Source: Methanomassiliicoccaceae archaeon (GTDB lineage: Archaea > Thermoplasmatota > Thermoplasmata > Methanomassiliicoccales > Methanomassiliicoccaceae). Taken from it: 64,000 bases of DNA. The notes under the pieces are model-generated. The model was not told the DNA's origin, ran no database searches, and was given only the letters and a program-made list of their open reading frames with translations. Positions 29,459 through 39,191 of this stretch are shown piece after piece. Each line of letters opens with the position of its first letter. Position 1 is the first letter of the stretch. Where the stretch lies: positions 192,001 through 256,000 of the forward strand of contig CAVSJV010000007.1 in assembly GCA_963728405.1 (NCBI GenBank). The letters run 5' to 3'. A program made the position numbers and the translations under genes.

Positions 29459-30780
29459 AACGGCACCTCCGGGAAACGGTAATGGAACGACTCTTCCCAG
29501 GAACGAGCTAAGGAGATCAGTTTGCCCTCCTTCCAATGGGGCGCCACGGCCTGCATGCCGATGGGCATGCCCCCGGCATAACTGCAGGGTAGGGAAACAT
29601 GAGGGAGTCCGGCCAGGTTGGGTGGCACCGTCAGAAAGTCGGCCTGGTACATCTCCAGTGGTTTCATCCTGGCGATCTCGTCGAACCGGGGGGCCACGAA
29701 CGGCATGGTGGGTGTAAGGACCACATCATGCTCACTGAACACCTTGCGGTACTCTTGGATGATGAGCTGGCGGACCTGCAGGGCCTTGACGTAATAGCGG
29801 TTACGGAAACCTACCATGCGCGAGAACGTTCCCAGCAGGATCCTTCGCTTGGCCTCGGCCCCGAAATCCTCCGACCGGGTCTCCGAGAAGAAATCATTGA
29901 ACCCCTGATCGAACTCCTCATTCATCGCCCCGAAGCGCATGCCGCAGTAACGGGCCAGATTGGTCGACGCCTCCGAGGTCGCCAGGATATAGTATGAGGA
30001 TATGGCGAAGCGCAACGACGGCATGGTCACTGCTCTAATCACTATGCCGTTCCTGCGCAACTCCTTTACCGCCTCATCGAAGGCGGCCGCCACCTCGGAG
30101 GAGAGGCCGATCAGGGCCTCCTTGGGCACTGCTGCGCTCTTCACATCGCCTCCCATATCCAGGACCGGCTGTACCTGCGATGTGGGATCCTTTGGATCGG
30201 GGCCGGAAATGATCGGCAGGTATCTCTCCAGGTCCCGGACGGTCCTTGAAAGGATACCCACCTTATCGAGCGAATTGCCGTAATCGATCAGCCCCCAGCG
30301 CGAGACCCGCCCATAAGTGGGGGTCAGGCCTACCACGCCGCAGAACGAGGCGGGGCAGGAGATCGAACCACCGGTGCTGACGCCGAGGGCGATGTGCCCG
30401 GGAAGGAGGCAAGCGGTCGCAGCCGCTCCGCCCGATGAACCACCGCAGCTCCGCTCCAGGTCGAAAGGGTTCTTGGGAACGCCATAACCGGAGTTGGTGC
30501 TGAATGTGCCGAACCCAAACTCGTCCATGTTGGTCTTGCCCAGCAGCAGGCCCCCCCTCTCCCGCAACCTCCCGATAGGGGTGGCGTCGAAAGGGGGTCG
30601 ATATCCTTGGAGAATTCGGCTTCCTGCCCGGGCCTGGAAGTCTCGCGCGCATAAATTATCCTTGGCCGAGAAATGGAAATCTCCTTGGTCGAAGGCCAAG
30701 GGGTCCTCGAGGCGGTCGGCGAACAGGCAGTGCCGCTCGTCCAACGCTCGCAGGCGGTCCGCGGTGGGGAACGGGCTCAT
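29455..30780 (-). CDS. gatA: Asp/Glu-tRNA amidotransferase subunit A (amidase)
   Basis: KDN, GKTNMDEF, GGSSGG, STGGSI, PTYGRVSRWGL, EASTNLARY, KRRILLG. Confidence 0.96.
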   Translation of the reverse strand: MSPFPTADRLRALDERHCLFADRLEDPLAFDQGDFHFSAKDNLCARDFQARAGSRILQGYRPPFDATPIGRLRERGGLLLGKTNMDEFGFGTFSTNSGYGVPKNPFDLERSCGGSSGGAAATACLLPGHIALGVSTGGSISCPASFCGVVGLTPTYGRVSRWGLIDYGNSLDKVGILSRTVRDLERYLPIISGPDPKDPTSQVQPVLDMGGDVKSAAVPKEALIGLSSEVAAAFDEAVKELRRNGIVIRAVTMPSLRFAISSYYILATSEASTNLARYCGMRFGAMNEEFDQGFNDFFSETRSEDFGAEAKRRILLGTFSRMVGFRNRYYVKALQVRQLIIQEYRKVFSEHDVVLTPTMPFVAPRFDEIARMKPLEMYQADFLTVPPNLAGLPHVSLPCSYAGGMPIGMQAVAPHWKEGKLISLARSWEESFHYRFPEVPL

Positions 30781-31049
30781 GAAAGCCTAGGCCCCCTTAC
30801 CCAATCGTCCTTGGCCCTCATAACGTCCCGAAGTTCGGCCGAATCGCTGTCCCTGCACACCACGTCATCCCTCAGGATGTCCTCGACCTTGACTGGGCCG
30901 AGGTCGAAATCATCTATCGATGGCGCCTCGTCCAACACCGCGAAGGCTGTGAGGATGTCCTCTAGATCGGCAGCATATTGTTCTAGTTCGGCTTCAGTGA
31001 GCTTCAACCTGGCCACCTTGGCCACCTTGCGAACGGTCTCCTGGTCCAT
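30777..31049 (-). CDS. gatC: Asp/Glu-tRNA amidotransferase subunit C
   Basis: VRKVAKVARLKL, LRDD, VRGPR; first gene of gatCAB. Confidence 0.93.
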   Translation of the reverse strand: MDQETVRKVAKVARLKLTEAELEQYAADLEDILTAFAVLDEAPSIDDFDLGPVKVEDILRDDVVCRDSDSAELRDVMRAKDDWVRGPRLS

Positions 31050-31210
31050 AAAGACAACTTTCCCTGAGCTTAGAACGCCTTTGAGCATAAAACGCTGGAT
31101 ATATAATCCTTTGTCATTTTGTGGCAGGGTGCTTTCCGAGGGTGACGCGTGGTAGCACAGGTGCAATAAGATTTATCTGATACCCGGGCTTACATCACCA
31201 CGGTGCTTCG

Positions 31211-31714
31211 ATGGCAGAAGAGACAACTGACAAACTCATGAAACAGGCTTACCAATTGCTCAGCGAGGGCGAGTACCAGAAGGCCCTATCCAAGTTCGAC
31301 AAAGTTACCAAGACCGATGCGAACAATGCCGAGGCCTGGTTTGGAAAGGCCGAAGCGTCCGTGCTGGTCCCCAAGGTGAAGATCGAGGACATACTGGCCG
31401 CCTACAAGAAGGCTGCCGAGCTGGACCCCAAGAACCCCCTGGTCCATAGCTCCATGGGCTCGTTCTGTGTGGAGGCCGGACTGTTCAACGACGCCGAGGG
31501 TGCCTACAAGAAGGCCGCCGAAGAGGACCCGGAGAACGCTCCATACTACTATTCCGAGTTCGGAGTGGAATACTTCCGCCGGGCCCCGGTAGTGATGGAA
31601 GCGTACATGGACGACAAGACCGAGGAGATGGTCATGAAGAAGTCCCTGAAGTACCTGCTCCTTTCCATCGGCCTGGACGAGGCCGGAGCTCTGGAATTGC
31701 TCCAGAGAAAATAA
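31211..31714 (+). CDS. Tetratricopeptide repeat protein
   Basis: Repeated A..Y/F.KA..LDP.N pattern (AEAWFGKA, YKKAAELDPKNP, YKKAAEEDPENA). Confidence 0.85.
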   Translation: MAEETTDKLMKQAYQLLSEGEYQKALSKFDKVTKTDANNAEAWFGKAEASVLVPKVKIEDILAAYKKAAELDPKNPLVHSSMGSFCVEAGLFNDAEGAYKKAAEEDPENAPYYYSEFGVEYFRRAPVVMEAYMDDKTEEMVMKKSLKYLLLSIGLDEAGALELLQRK

Positions 31715-31726
31715 TCCTTTTTTATT

Positions 31727-32399
31727 TTATAGCAGTCCAAGCCGCCGCAGGCCATCGATGACCCCGTCGGCATGAGGATAGGGGCTCACGTACTTGGCTG
31801 CGTTCTTGGCCACTCCCGAGGCGTTCCCAACCGCTACGCTGAAACCACATTCTTTGAGCATACCTACGTCGTTGTCCGAATCGCCGAACGCGGCCACCTC
31901 GTCGAGACCGATGCCCATGATCTCGGCCATCTTCCGGACACCGACCACCTTGCCATGTCCATGGTCCATGATGTGGATCGCGAACCCGGTCGCCTCGATG
32001 GTCACGTTCCAGTCCTTCAACGCTTCCTTTACCTTCTCTAGGTCGGCACTGCGCCTTAGGGCGACCTCGGTACGCCGCCAATTGTCAGTGAACAGCCTCT
32101 CCACTGGCATCTTGGTCTTCAGATGCTCGTAGGCCCTTTCCGGCAGCAAGCCCTCGCACAACTGGTATATCTTTTCCTGATAGGAGACCACCCCGCCATT
32201 CTCGGCGATGATGGGGCCCTGCAGCCCGATATAGGTCGAAAGCCCATAGGCGACCGGTAGAAATGTTGCCGGAAGCGATGCTTACTGGTACCCCCCGTTC
32301 CTGGACCCTCCGCAGGGCCTCGATGGCCGAAGTGAACATCACTTTGTTACGGTCGGTCAGCGTGCCGTCGACATCCACCACCACTGCCTTTATGCTCAA
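31727..32399 (-). CDS. Archaeal phosphoglycolate phosphatase (HAD/Cof family); one +1 indel near 32261-32263
   Basis: DVDGTLT and IASGN, then after the frameshift IAENGG, K..G and AFGDSDND. Confidence 0.92.
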
Positions 32400-32729
32400 A
32401 TCGGTCCCTCGTCCCCCACGCCAATGTTGGGAGGGCCATAAATGATTATCTGCGACTTGCCAGGAACGGCAAACTTACCAACTCATTATATATGGTGACA
32501 ATGATTTTATACATGGCTGGTCAGTTCGGTCCTAGGAGGAAATGAACAGATGGTCAGAGGGGTCGACTCTCGACATTTCTGAACATATTTGTCCATTGAG
32601 CGATCGGATGACCGGAGCGAACGGGGGAGGTTCGTGGCCAGGGGCCCTATGTCCTTGGCCTGGACACTCCAGAATGAGCAGGGGCGGAACAGATGCCGCA
32701 ACCCAGCAAGCCGAATCGGGGGAGCGACC

Positions 32730-35087
32730 ATGAGCAGGATGGAGAGGGCCAGTAAGGGGGAGGATGGTGGAAGGAAAGACCATGGCGACAGTACGGTCAA
32801 GGTACTGATCGTCGAGGATAATCCAGGTGATATCTCCCTTATGGAAGAGATGCTCAGCGATTCACGGACCACTCGCTTCGAGGTCATCACCGCTGCAAGG
32901 ATGCAGGAGGGGATCGCCAAGATGGAAAACGACTCCCCGGACGTTGTGCTGCTGGACCTAGGGCTTCCAGATTCCTCCGGTCTTGAGACCTTGGAGGGAA
33001 CGGTCGGCCCTGCCGCCAAGGCGCCGGTTGTGGTTCTCACCGGTCAGACCGATGAGGATCTGGGCATCAAGGCCCTGAGCATGGGGGCTCAGGATTACCT
33101 GGTGAAAGGTCAGGTGGACAGCAGCACGCTGGAGCGATCGATACGATATGCCATCCAGCGGAAGAGGGCCATCGAGGAGCTCAAGGAGAGCAACGACCGC
33201 TATGTGAGCCTGTTCAAGGAGAACCACGCGGTCATGTTCCTGATCGATCCCGTGACCGCGCGCATCGTGGACGTCAATCAGGCCGCGGTCGATTTCTACG
33301 GCTACGACAGAGCCACCCTCATCGGTATGAACGTCAGCGAGATCACCTGCCTGCCCGTGGACAAGGTACTTGAGGACATGGGACGGGCCATATCCCGGAG
33401 CGAGGGGCGCTTCTTCTTCCAACACTGCCTGGCCGATGGTCAGCGCCGAGAGGTGGAGGTGCTAAGTGGGCCGTTGCACATCAAAGGTAAGATCTACCTC
33501 TACTCGATCGTCCATGACATAACTGATCGAAAGCAGGCCGAGGAGGAGAAGGCCAGGCTGACCGAGGAGGTGGCGGAACAGAAGAGCCTCCTACAGACGG
33601 TCATCGACAATGCCCCTTCAGGCATCGTGGTCATCTCCGGACTGGAGATGCGGGTCAAATGGGCCAACGACGCCTTTGTCAAGATAGTGAATATGGTCGA
33701 GATGGCCGAGGACATGGGTGGAAGGAGGCTTGAGGACATACCTGGTCCGCTCGGAACCAGCCTTGTAGAAAGGGCTCGAAACGCCCTGAGGAGCGGGATG
33801 CCGAGAATTGACATGGAAGTGGAAGCCCCCGCCGAACCAGGCCTGTTCGCCGTATATCACATAGCGGCCGTACCCATCCCCCTGAAGGGGGGTGAAAAAG
33901 GATGCATGATCATGCTCATTGATGTGACCGAGCAGGTGATGGCCCGACGGCGCATCGAGGAGCTGGCCGCCCGGTCGGATGCCGAGCGGCGGCGCATCAA
34001 GACCATCCTGGACAACCTGCCAGTAGGGGTCTTCGTGGCCGACAAGACTGCCAAGGTCATCGAAAAGAACGACATCGTCGATATCATCTGGGGGGGCCGG
34101 ACCCCCACGCCCACGTCGACCTCGGACTATCGGGAGTTCAAAGCCTGGTGGGCGGACACCGGCATGAGCTTGCGGCCCGAGGACTGGGCCATCATCAGGG
34201 CGATCAGGAAGGGAGAGACCTCGGTGGGAGAGGTCATCGACATCCTGCGCTTCGATGGCACGAGAGGGACCATACTGTACTCGGCCGCTCCCATTCGGGA
34301 CGCTGAGGGTAAGACCATGGGCGCAGTGGCGGTCATCCAGGACATCACGCGACAAAGGAAGTTGGAGCATGATGCCATCGAGGCCAAGGAGCAGGCCGAG
34401 CTGTACATCGATCTGTTGTCCCATGATATCAGCAACATGAACGCGGCGGTGTCCAGTTACCTTCAGATGGCCGTGGAGAAGATGGACATCGAGCAGAGGA
34501 ACATGCAGTATTTCACAAAACCGCAGGAGATACTGGAGAACAGTAATCGGCTCATCGAGAACGTCAGGAAGATCCAGCAGGTGGAGAGCCACGAATCCAA
34601 GCACGGCATGATGGATCTTGGCTGGCTGCTGGAGGACGTGCGCTCGGAGTTCGAGCACTATCCCGGTCGTGACATCAAGATCACCTATAGGACGGCCATC
34701 AAAAAGTTCGTCATGGCCAGTGACCTGTTGAAGGACGTCTTCACCAACCTAGTGAGCAACTCCATCAAGCATTCCACCGGTCCGGTCGAGATCTCGATCG
34801 TCCTGAACAAAGTGTTCGAGGGTGGAAGGGAGCACTACAAGGTGACGGTGGAGGACGACGGCCCGGGCATTCCCGACGATCTCAAGAGCAAGCTGTTCCA
34901 GAGAAAGCAACGGGGGCGGACCAAGACGACCGGCACCGGCCTCGGCCTCTATTTGGTCAAGAAGCTGGTAGAGGACGTCAACGGCCGGGTGTGGGTCGAG
35001 GATCGCGTGCCCGGTGATTCCAACAAGGGGGCGAGGTTCGTGGTCCTATTGCCGGCGGTGACGAACGATGCGAAGTCCGCGGTCTAG
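32730..35087 (+). CDS. Receiver-PAS-PAS-PAS histidine kinase
   Basis: VLIVEDN...LLDLGLPD...GAQDYLVK, PAS repeats, LSHDISN, NLVSNSIKH, DDGPGIP, GTGLGL. Start set at ATG 32730. Confidence 0.93.
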   Translation: MSRMERASKGEDGGRKDHGDSTVKVLIVEDNPGDISLMEEMLSDSRTTRFEVITAARMQEGIAKMENDSPDVVLLDLGLPDSSGLETLEGTVGPAAKAPVVVLTGQTDEDLGIKALSMGAQDYLVKGQVDSSTLERSIRYAIQRKRAIEELKESNDRYVSLFKENHAVMFLIDPVTARIVDVNQAAVDFYGYDRATLIGMNVSEITCLPVDKVLEDMGRAISRSEGRFFFQHCLADGQRREVEVLSGPLHIKGKIYLYSIVHDITDRKQAEEEKARLTEEVAEQKSLLQTVIDNAPSGIVVISGLEMRVKWANDAFVKIVNMVEMAEDMGGRRLEDIPGPLGTSLVERARNALRSGMPRIDMEVEAPAEPGLFAVYHIAAVPIPLKGGEKGCMIMLIDVTEQVMARRRIEELAARSDAERRRIKTILDNLPVGVFVADKTAKVIEKNDIVDIIWGGRTPTPTSTSDYREFKAWWADTGMSLRPEDWAIIRAIRKGETSVGEVIDILRFDGTRGTILYSAAPIRDAEGKTMGAVAVIQDITRQRKLEHDAIEAKEQAELYIDLLSHDISNMNAAVSSYLQMAVEKMDIEQRNMQYFTKPQEILENSNRLIENVRKIQQVESHESKHGMMDLGWLLEDVRSEFEHYPGRDIKITYRTAIKKFVMASDLLKDVFTNLVSNSIKHSTGPVEISIVLNKVFEGGREHYKVTVEDDGPGIPDDLKSKLFQRKQRGRTKTTGTGLGLYLVKKLVEDVNGRVWVEDRVPGDSNKGARFVVLLPAVTNDAKSAV

Positions 35088-35973
35088 TTCGGTCCCCTCA
35101 GTTCACCAAGGGTGGTCACCCTCTCGGCGAAGGCATTGTGCTTGTGGATGGATTCCTCGCTCTCGCTACGCACAGTGACCAGCAGCGTCGTTGGGCAGCT
35201 TCCCGTAGCGGTCCAATACCTTAGCCAGCATGGTCCTGACCACATCCTCCACGAACTTGGGCTGTTGATGGGCTTTGAGCACCACTTTGGCCTCATCCGA
35301 TCTCTTTCAGCACTTCGTAGGTCGGTGATGAGAACGACGCTTCCACCAGATCGATGAGATCGTTCGCTTCCACATCGTATTCCTCGGGCACCTCGATCAT
35401 CAAGGTGGCGATGTTGCGCTGGTTGTGAGAAATGACTGGCAGATCGTCCTCGAGCATCACCTTGTTGCCACGGTACTGCTCGCGCACCGTCTCCATGGCA
35501 CAGGGGCAGGCGGTCATGCCGATGACCTCCACGCCGATCATCTTCTTCAGCCCATCGGAGTTACGGCTGATGGCCGTGGCCATGATCTTGAACGCTTCCA
35601 GGTTCCTCTTTCCACTAGGTCCAGGCCTTTCCGCGAAGTAGTCGGCCACCAGGTTCACCTCGGCGTAGGTCGAGTACTCATGCTTCTCGCGCAAGGCCCG
35701 GCAGATCTCCGCCGCGATGACCTCGATGCCGGCGATGGAATCGCTCATGCTCCGGTTCACTGCCTCGTTGATCGCTTCCAGGTTCCTCGAAAGATGAGAG
35801 CCTTTCTGAGTGGAGGGCAGGTCCACGAACACATCTATGGAGCAGAAAAGAGTGGTATTCTTGCCGGCCCGGGTGACCCGGACCGGTTTCTTGACCCCGG
35901 TAACGCCTACGCGGGTGAGCATGAAACCATTGGCCAGCTTGCTGTTCTGAACGTCGGTCGGGATGGATATCAC
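35084..35973 (-). CDS. mptA: GTP cyclohydrolase MptA/FolE2 family; two +1 indels near 35306 and 35185
   Basis: DVQ, RVGV.GV, QKGSHLSR, TACPCA, HNQR, SSPTY.VLK(R)SDE, PKFVEDVVR, ESIHKHNA, spread across three frames. Confidence 0.9.
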
Positions 35974-36049
35974 CTTAATATCGAGCGGGTTGACTAATGG
36001 CTCGAAGTCAATAAAGATTTTGTAGCTACCTGCTTAAAGCGTATGTAGC

Positions 36050-37156
36050 TCATCGGACCCTTATTAGGTCGTACTCTCGCTCACCCAGCCCCAGTTCCTC
36101 GGCGTACTTCAATTGAGCTGTCCAGTCGGCATCTACCACCTGGCGGAACTTGTCATCGCCGGGGGCCAGGCCCCCCTTCAGCATACTGTTCTTGATACCC
36201 GGAGAGGCGTTCACCAGGTCGGCCGCGGCCTGGTCGATGGCCACGATGTCCCTCGAGGCTAGTATGCCGATGTTGGGAACTATGGGGGTGTCGCTGAAGT
36301 TATAGCAGTCGCACAGTGGGGTCACATCCATGATGAAGGTCATGTAACCGGTCTTTCCCCTCTTCGACCTCAGGATGCCGTAGCAGTACTCCACGATCCG
36401 CTCCTGGACCCCCGTGTAGTTCTCCCAGCTCCCTAGGTCGATGCCCTCGTTCTGGCAGGCAATGTTGCACTCCCCGCATCCGATACACCTCTCCGGGTCG
36501 ATCTGGGCCTTGCGCCCCTTCATTTTGATGGCATCTGCCGGGCATTGCACCACGCATCTCCCGCAGCCCTTGCAGTTCTCACCCCTGACCTTGGGCTTGA
36601 CCAGGGCATGCATCTCCATCTTCCCCCGCCGGGAACCGAGGCCCATGCCCACGTTCTTCAGCGCCGCACCAAAACCGGTGAGGCCATGGCCCTTGAAATG
36701 GGATATCGTGATAAGCGAATCGGCGTGCTGGGCGGCGGCCCCGAACTTGACCGTCTTGCAGTGCTTGAGGTCTACCCGTACTTCCACGTAGTCCGTCCCC
36801 CGCAATCCGTCGGCGATGATCACCGGTGCGTTTATTACCGGATAGGTGAAGCCGTGCCGGGCCGCCACCAGGAGATGATCGACCGCATTGGTCCTCATGC
36901 CCTTGTACAAGGTGCTGCTGTCGGTGAGGAACGGCTTCCCGCCGCCCTTGGCCACCAGGTCGACGACCTTGGATACGAGCTCCGGACGGAGATAGGTGGT
37001 GTTCCCATCCTCACCGAAATGGGTCTTGATCGCCACCAGGTCGCCCGGAGCGAAGGCGTTCCCCAGGCCGGCCCTCTTGTAGAGCCTCTGTATCTTGTTG
37101 GGCACGCTCCTGGAGGGCCGATCGGCCCGCAGGTCAGTGAAGTAGACCTCGGACAT
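36050..37156 (-). CDS. DUF362 domain protein with 2x4Fe-4S ferredoxin
   Basis: VAIKTHFGE, ISHFKGH..TGFGAALKN.GMG, CKGCGRCVVQCP, CIGCGECNIAC, CDC, DIVAIDQA. Confidence 0.92.
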   Translation of the reverse strand: MSEVYFTDLRADRPSRSVPNKIQRLYKRAGLGNAFAPGDLVAIKTHFGEDGNTTYLRPELVSKVVDLVAKGGGKPFLTDSSTLYKGMRTNAVDHLLVAARHGFTYPVINAPVIIADGLRGTDYVEVRVDLKHCKTVKFGAAAQHADSLITISHFKGHGLTGFGAALKNVGMGLGSRRGKMEMHALVKPKVRGENCKGCGRCVVQCPADAIKMKGRKAQIDPERCIGCGECNIACQNEGIDLGSWENYTGVQERIVEYCYGILRSKRGKTGYMTFIMDVTPLCDCYNFSDTPIVPNIGILASRDIVAIDQAAADLVNASPGIKNSMLKGGLAPGDDKFRQVVDADWTAQLKYAEELGLGEREYDLIRVR

Positions 37157-37257
37157 ATTATCACCTAATGGATGGCCCGAAGCCTTGATGAACCTTGCCT
37201 AGTTCCTCGGCTGGAAATGACGATATGACTATATACGGAGAGAAATTTGGTCTGGGC

Positions 37258-37905
37258 ATGTTCTGCGGGGTCGACGAGGCTGGCCGAGGCCCGGTCATGG
37301 GTCCGCTGGTCGTGGCGGCGGTCATGGTCCAGAGCGACCGCGCCCTGAAGAAGCTCAAGGTCAAGGACTCCAAGCTTCTGACCCGCCAGAAGAGGGAAGA
37401 GCTTGCCCCCCAGATAATGGCGCTGGGGCGGGTGGAAGTGATCATCGTCCCAGCCGATGACATCGACCGGTTCATGGCCAAGGACTCCCTGAACATGCTT
37501 GAGGTCTATCACTTCGCCACGCTGATCGAGATGCTTCGGCCGGACCGGGCCTATATCGATGCCGCCGATGTGGTGGAATCGCGGTTCGCCCAGAACATCC
37601 AGGACCGCCTGACCTGCCGGCCCGAGTTGGTGTGCCAACATAAAGCGGACGTCAAGTACCCAGTGGTCTCCGCCGCATCCATTATCGCCAAGGTGGTCCG
37701 GGACCGGTCCATGGATGCGATCCAGGAGCAGTTTGGGCAGGACATTGGCTCTGGCTATGCCCATGACGAGGTCACCCTGGATTTCATGCGCCGATGGTTG
37801 AAGGAGAAGGGCGAGCTGCCGCCTCATACTCGCCACAGCTGGAAGACAGCCAAGACATTATATTCGCTAAGCAAGGTACCGAAACTGACCAATTGGACGG
37901 ATTGA
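37258..37905 (+). CDS. rnhB: Ribonuclease HII
   Basis: GVDEAGRGPVMGPL, VKDSK, HKAD..YP.VSAASIIAKV.RD, GSGY. Confidence 0.97.
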   Translation: MFCGVDEAGRGPVMGPLVVAAVMVQSDRALKKLKVKDSKLLTRQKREELAPQIMALGRVEVIIVPADDIDRFMAKDSLNMLEVYHFATLIEMLRPDRAYIDAADVVESRFAQNIQDRLTCRPELVCQHKADVKYPVVSAASIIAKVVRDRSMDAIQEQFGQDIGSGYAHDEVTLDFMRRWLKEKGELPPHTRHSWKTAKTLYSLSKVPKLTNWTD

Positions 37906-38240
37906 TGATGACAGTTGAGCCTTTATTGCAAGACCTTGTTCGCAAGTTCAATGAGAAGGTGCAGACGGACGAGAAGCTTCAGAGTGAGCTCGATGGGATG
38001 AACAAGAAGGTCCTGATCGACCTGGAGAGCGAGAAATACAATTTTCATCTGCACGACAAGAAGATATCTGATCTCCAGACGGGGACCATCACCGACCCGG
38101 ACATCACCCTGGAGTCAGACCCGGAAACCATCCAGGGTCTTATCGAAGGAAAGATCAAACCCATGAAGGCGTTCGCCCTACGCAAGGTTCGGGTGAAAGG
38201 GGAGATCGACGATATCCTCCGCCTGAGGAAGCTGTTCTGA
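37905..38240 (+). CDS. SCP2 sterol/lipid-binding domain protein
   Basis: PDITLESD..T...LIEGKIKPMKAF...KVRVKG.I; start overlaps the rnhB stop. Confidence 0.85.
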   Translation: MMTVEPLLQDLVRKFNEKVQTDEKLQSELDGMNKKVLIDLESEKYNFHLHDKKISDLQTGTITDPDITLESDPETIQGLIEGKIKPMKAFALRKVRVKGEIDDILRLRKLF

Positions 38241-38338
38241 CAGTTCTCCTCCGTACACGATGCTCGACCAGGGCCAAGGGCTGATGAGACTCCGCGCCGG
38301 AAACATTCAGGATCAGGATATAATTGAAAGAACCCATC

Positions 38339-38352
38339 GGAAAGGTTTATAT
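38339..38352 (+). promoter_or_regulatory. BRE/TATA promoter of tRNA-iMet
   Basis: GGAAAGGTTTATAT about 26 nt upstream of the tRNA. Confidence 0.65.
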
Positions 38353-38377
38353 GGGGTCTTGTAATAGTGGCATTCAT

Positions 38378-38452
38378 AGCGGGGTGGGGTAGCCAGGACA
38401 TCCCGTCGGGCTCATAACCCGGAGACCGGTCGTTCAAATCGACCCCCCGCTA
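38378..38452 (+). tRNA. Initiator tRNA-Met(CAT)
   Basis: AGCGGGGTGGGGTAGCCAGGACATCCCGTCGGGCTCATAACCCGGAGACCGGTCGTTCAAATCGACCCCCCGCTA: A1-U72 pair and GGG/CCC anticodon stem, both archaeal initiator signatures. Confidence 0.96.
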
Positions 38453-38502
38453 CTTTTCCATTCATCAATAGGTTTATTTTGACCTAGATAAAATGCTTAG
38501 TA

Positions 38503-38871
38503 GTGGCCGTCGAGACCTTCAGCATCGCCGATCAGACATTCATCTTCTTCGAGACCCTTTTGGCCTACTTCGGCGCCGCGGTCATTGCCTATGGCGGGAT
38601 CATTGCCGTCTATCATACCCTTCGGCTGGAGCTCCGCCATCCCGCTAGCCTGAGCTACAAGATCATACGTGGCGGTTTCGCCGCCCGGATCATCCTGGGT
38701 CTGGACTTCCTTATCGCCAGCGATATCATAAGTACAATCGGTCATCCCGATCTCAACGAGGTTCTGATCCTCGGCGGCATAGTCCTCATACGGACGGTCC
38801 TCACCATCATCCTGTCTCAGGAGACCAGGGAAGTGGGGCCGGGTGAGATGGAAAGGGCCCCTCGGGCCTAG
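38503..38871 (+). CDS. DUF1622 membrane protein
   Basis: R......IILGLDFLIASDIISTI..P, LGGIVLIRTVL. Confidence 0.9.
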   Translation: MAVETFSIADQTFIFFETLLAYFGAAVIAYGGIIAVYHTLRLELRHPASLSYKIIRGGFAARIILGLDFLIASDIISTIGHPDLNEVLILGGIVLIRTVLTIILSQETREVGPGEMERAPRA

Positions 38872-39191
38872 CAACAACCTCCCTTTTATCGGCGGCCCAT
38901 ATGTCGGCATGAAGATTAGGATGGACAGGGTCTGCTGGTCGATCGCTGGGCGGTTCCCATCGGCTTCGTTCTGGCGCCGGCAGGCTACACCACCTTGCTC
39001 TCAGGGGGCGGGATCTTCAGTGCGATCGACCTTTACTGGCTTACCTGCCTGTAGTTGCTTGGTCTGGCCCTGATCGTTCTCGCCGTTATTATGGGGGCCC
39101 TAGCCGCCGTCATGGATGAATGGGACTCGCCCATAGGTAACGCGGCATCACCTGAAAACACTATATCGCACGAGGGCCTACCCCGACTAGG

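Noticed and set aside
5565-38452. Integrated element at tRNA-Asp or tRNA-iMet
   Set aside because: No integrase, no duplicated tRNA 3' end that I could see, and the flanking genes are ordinary chromosomal genes.
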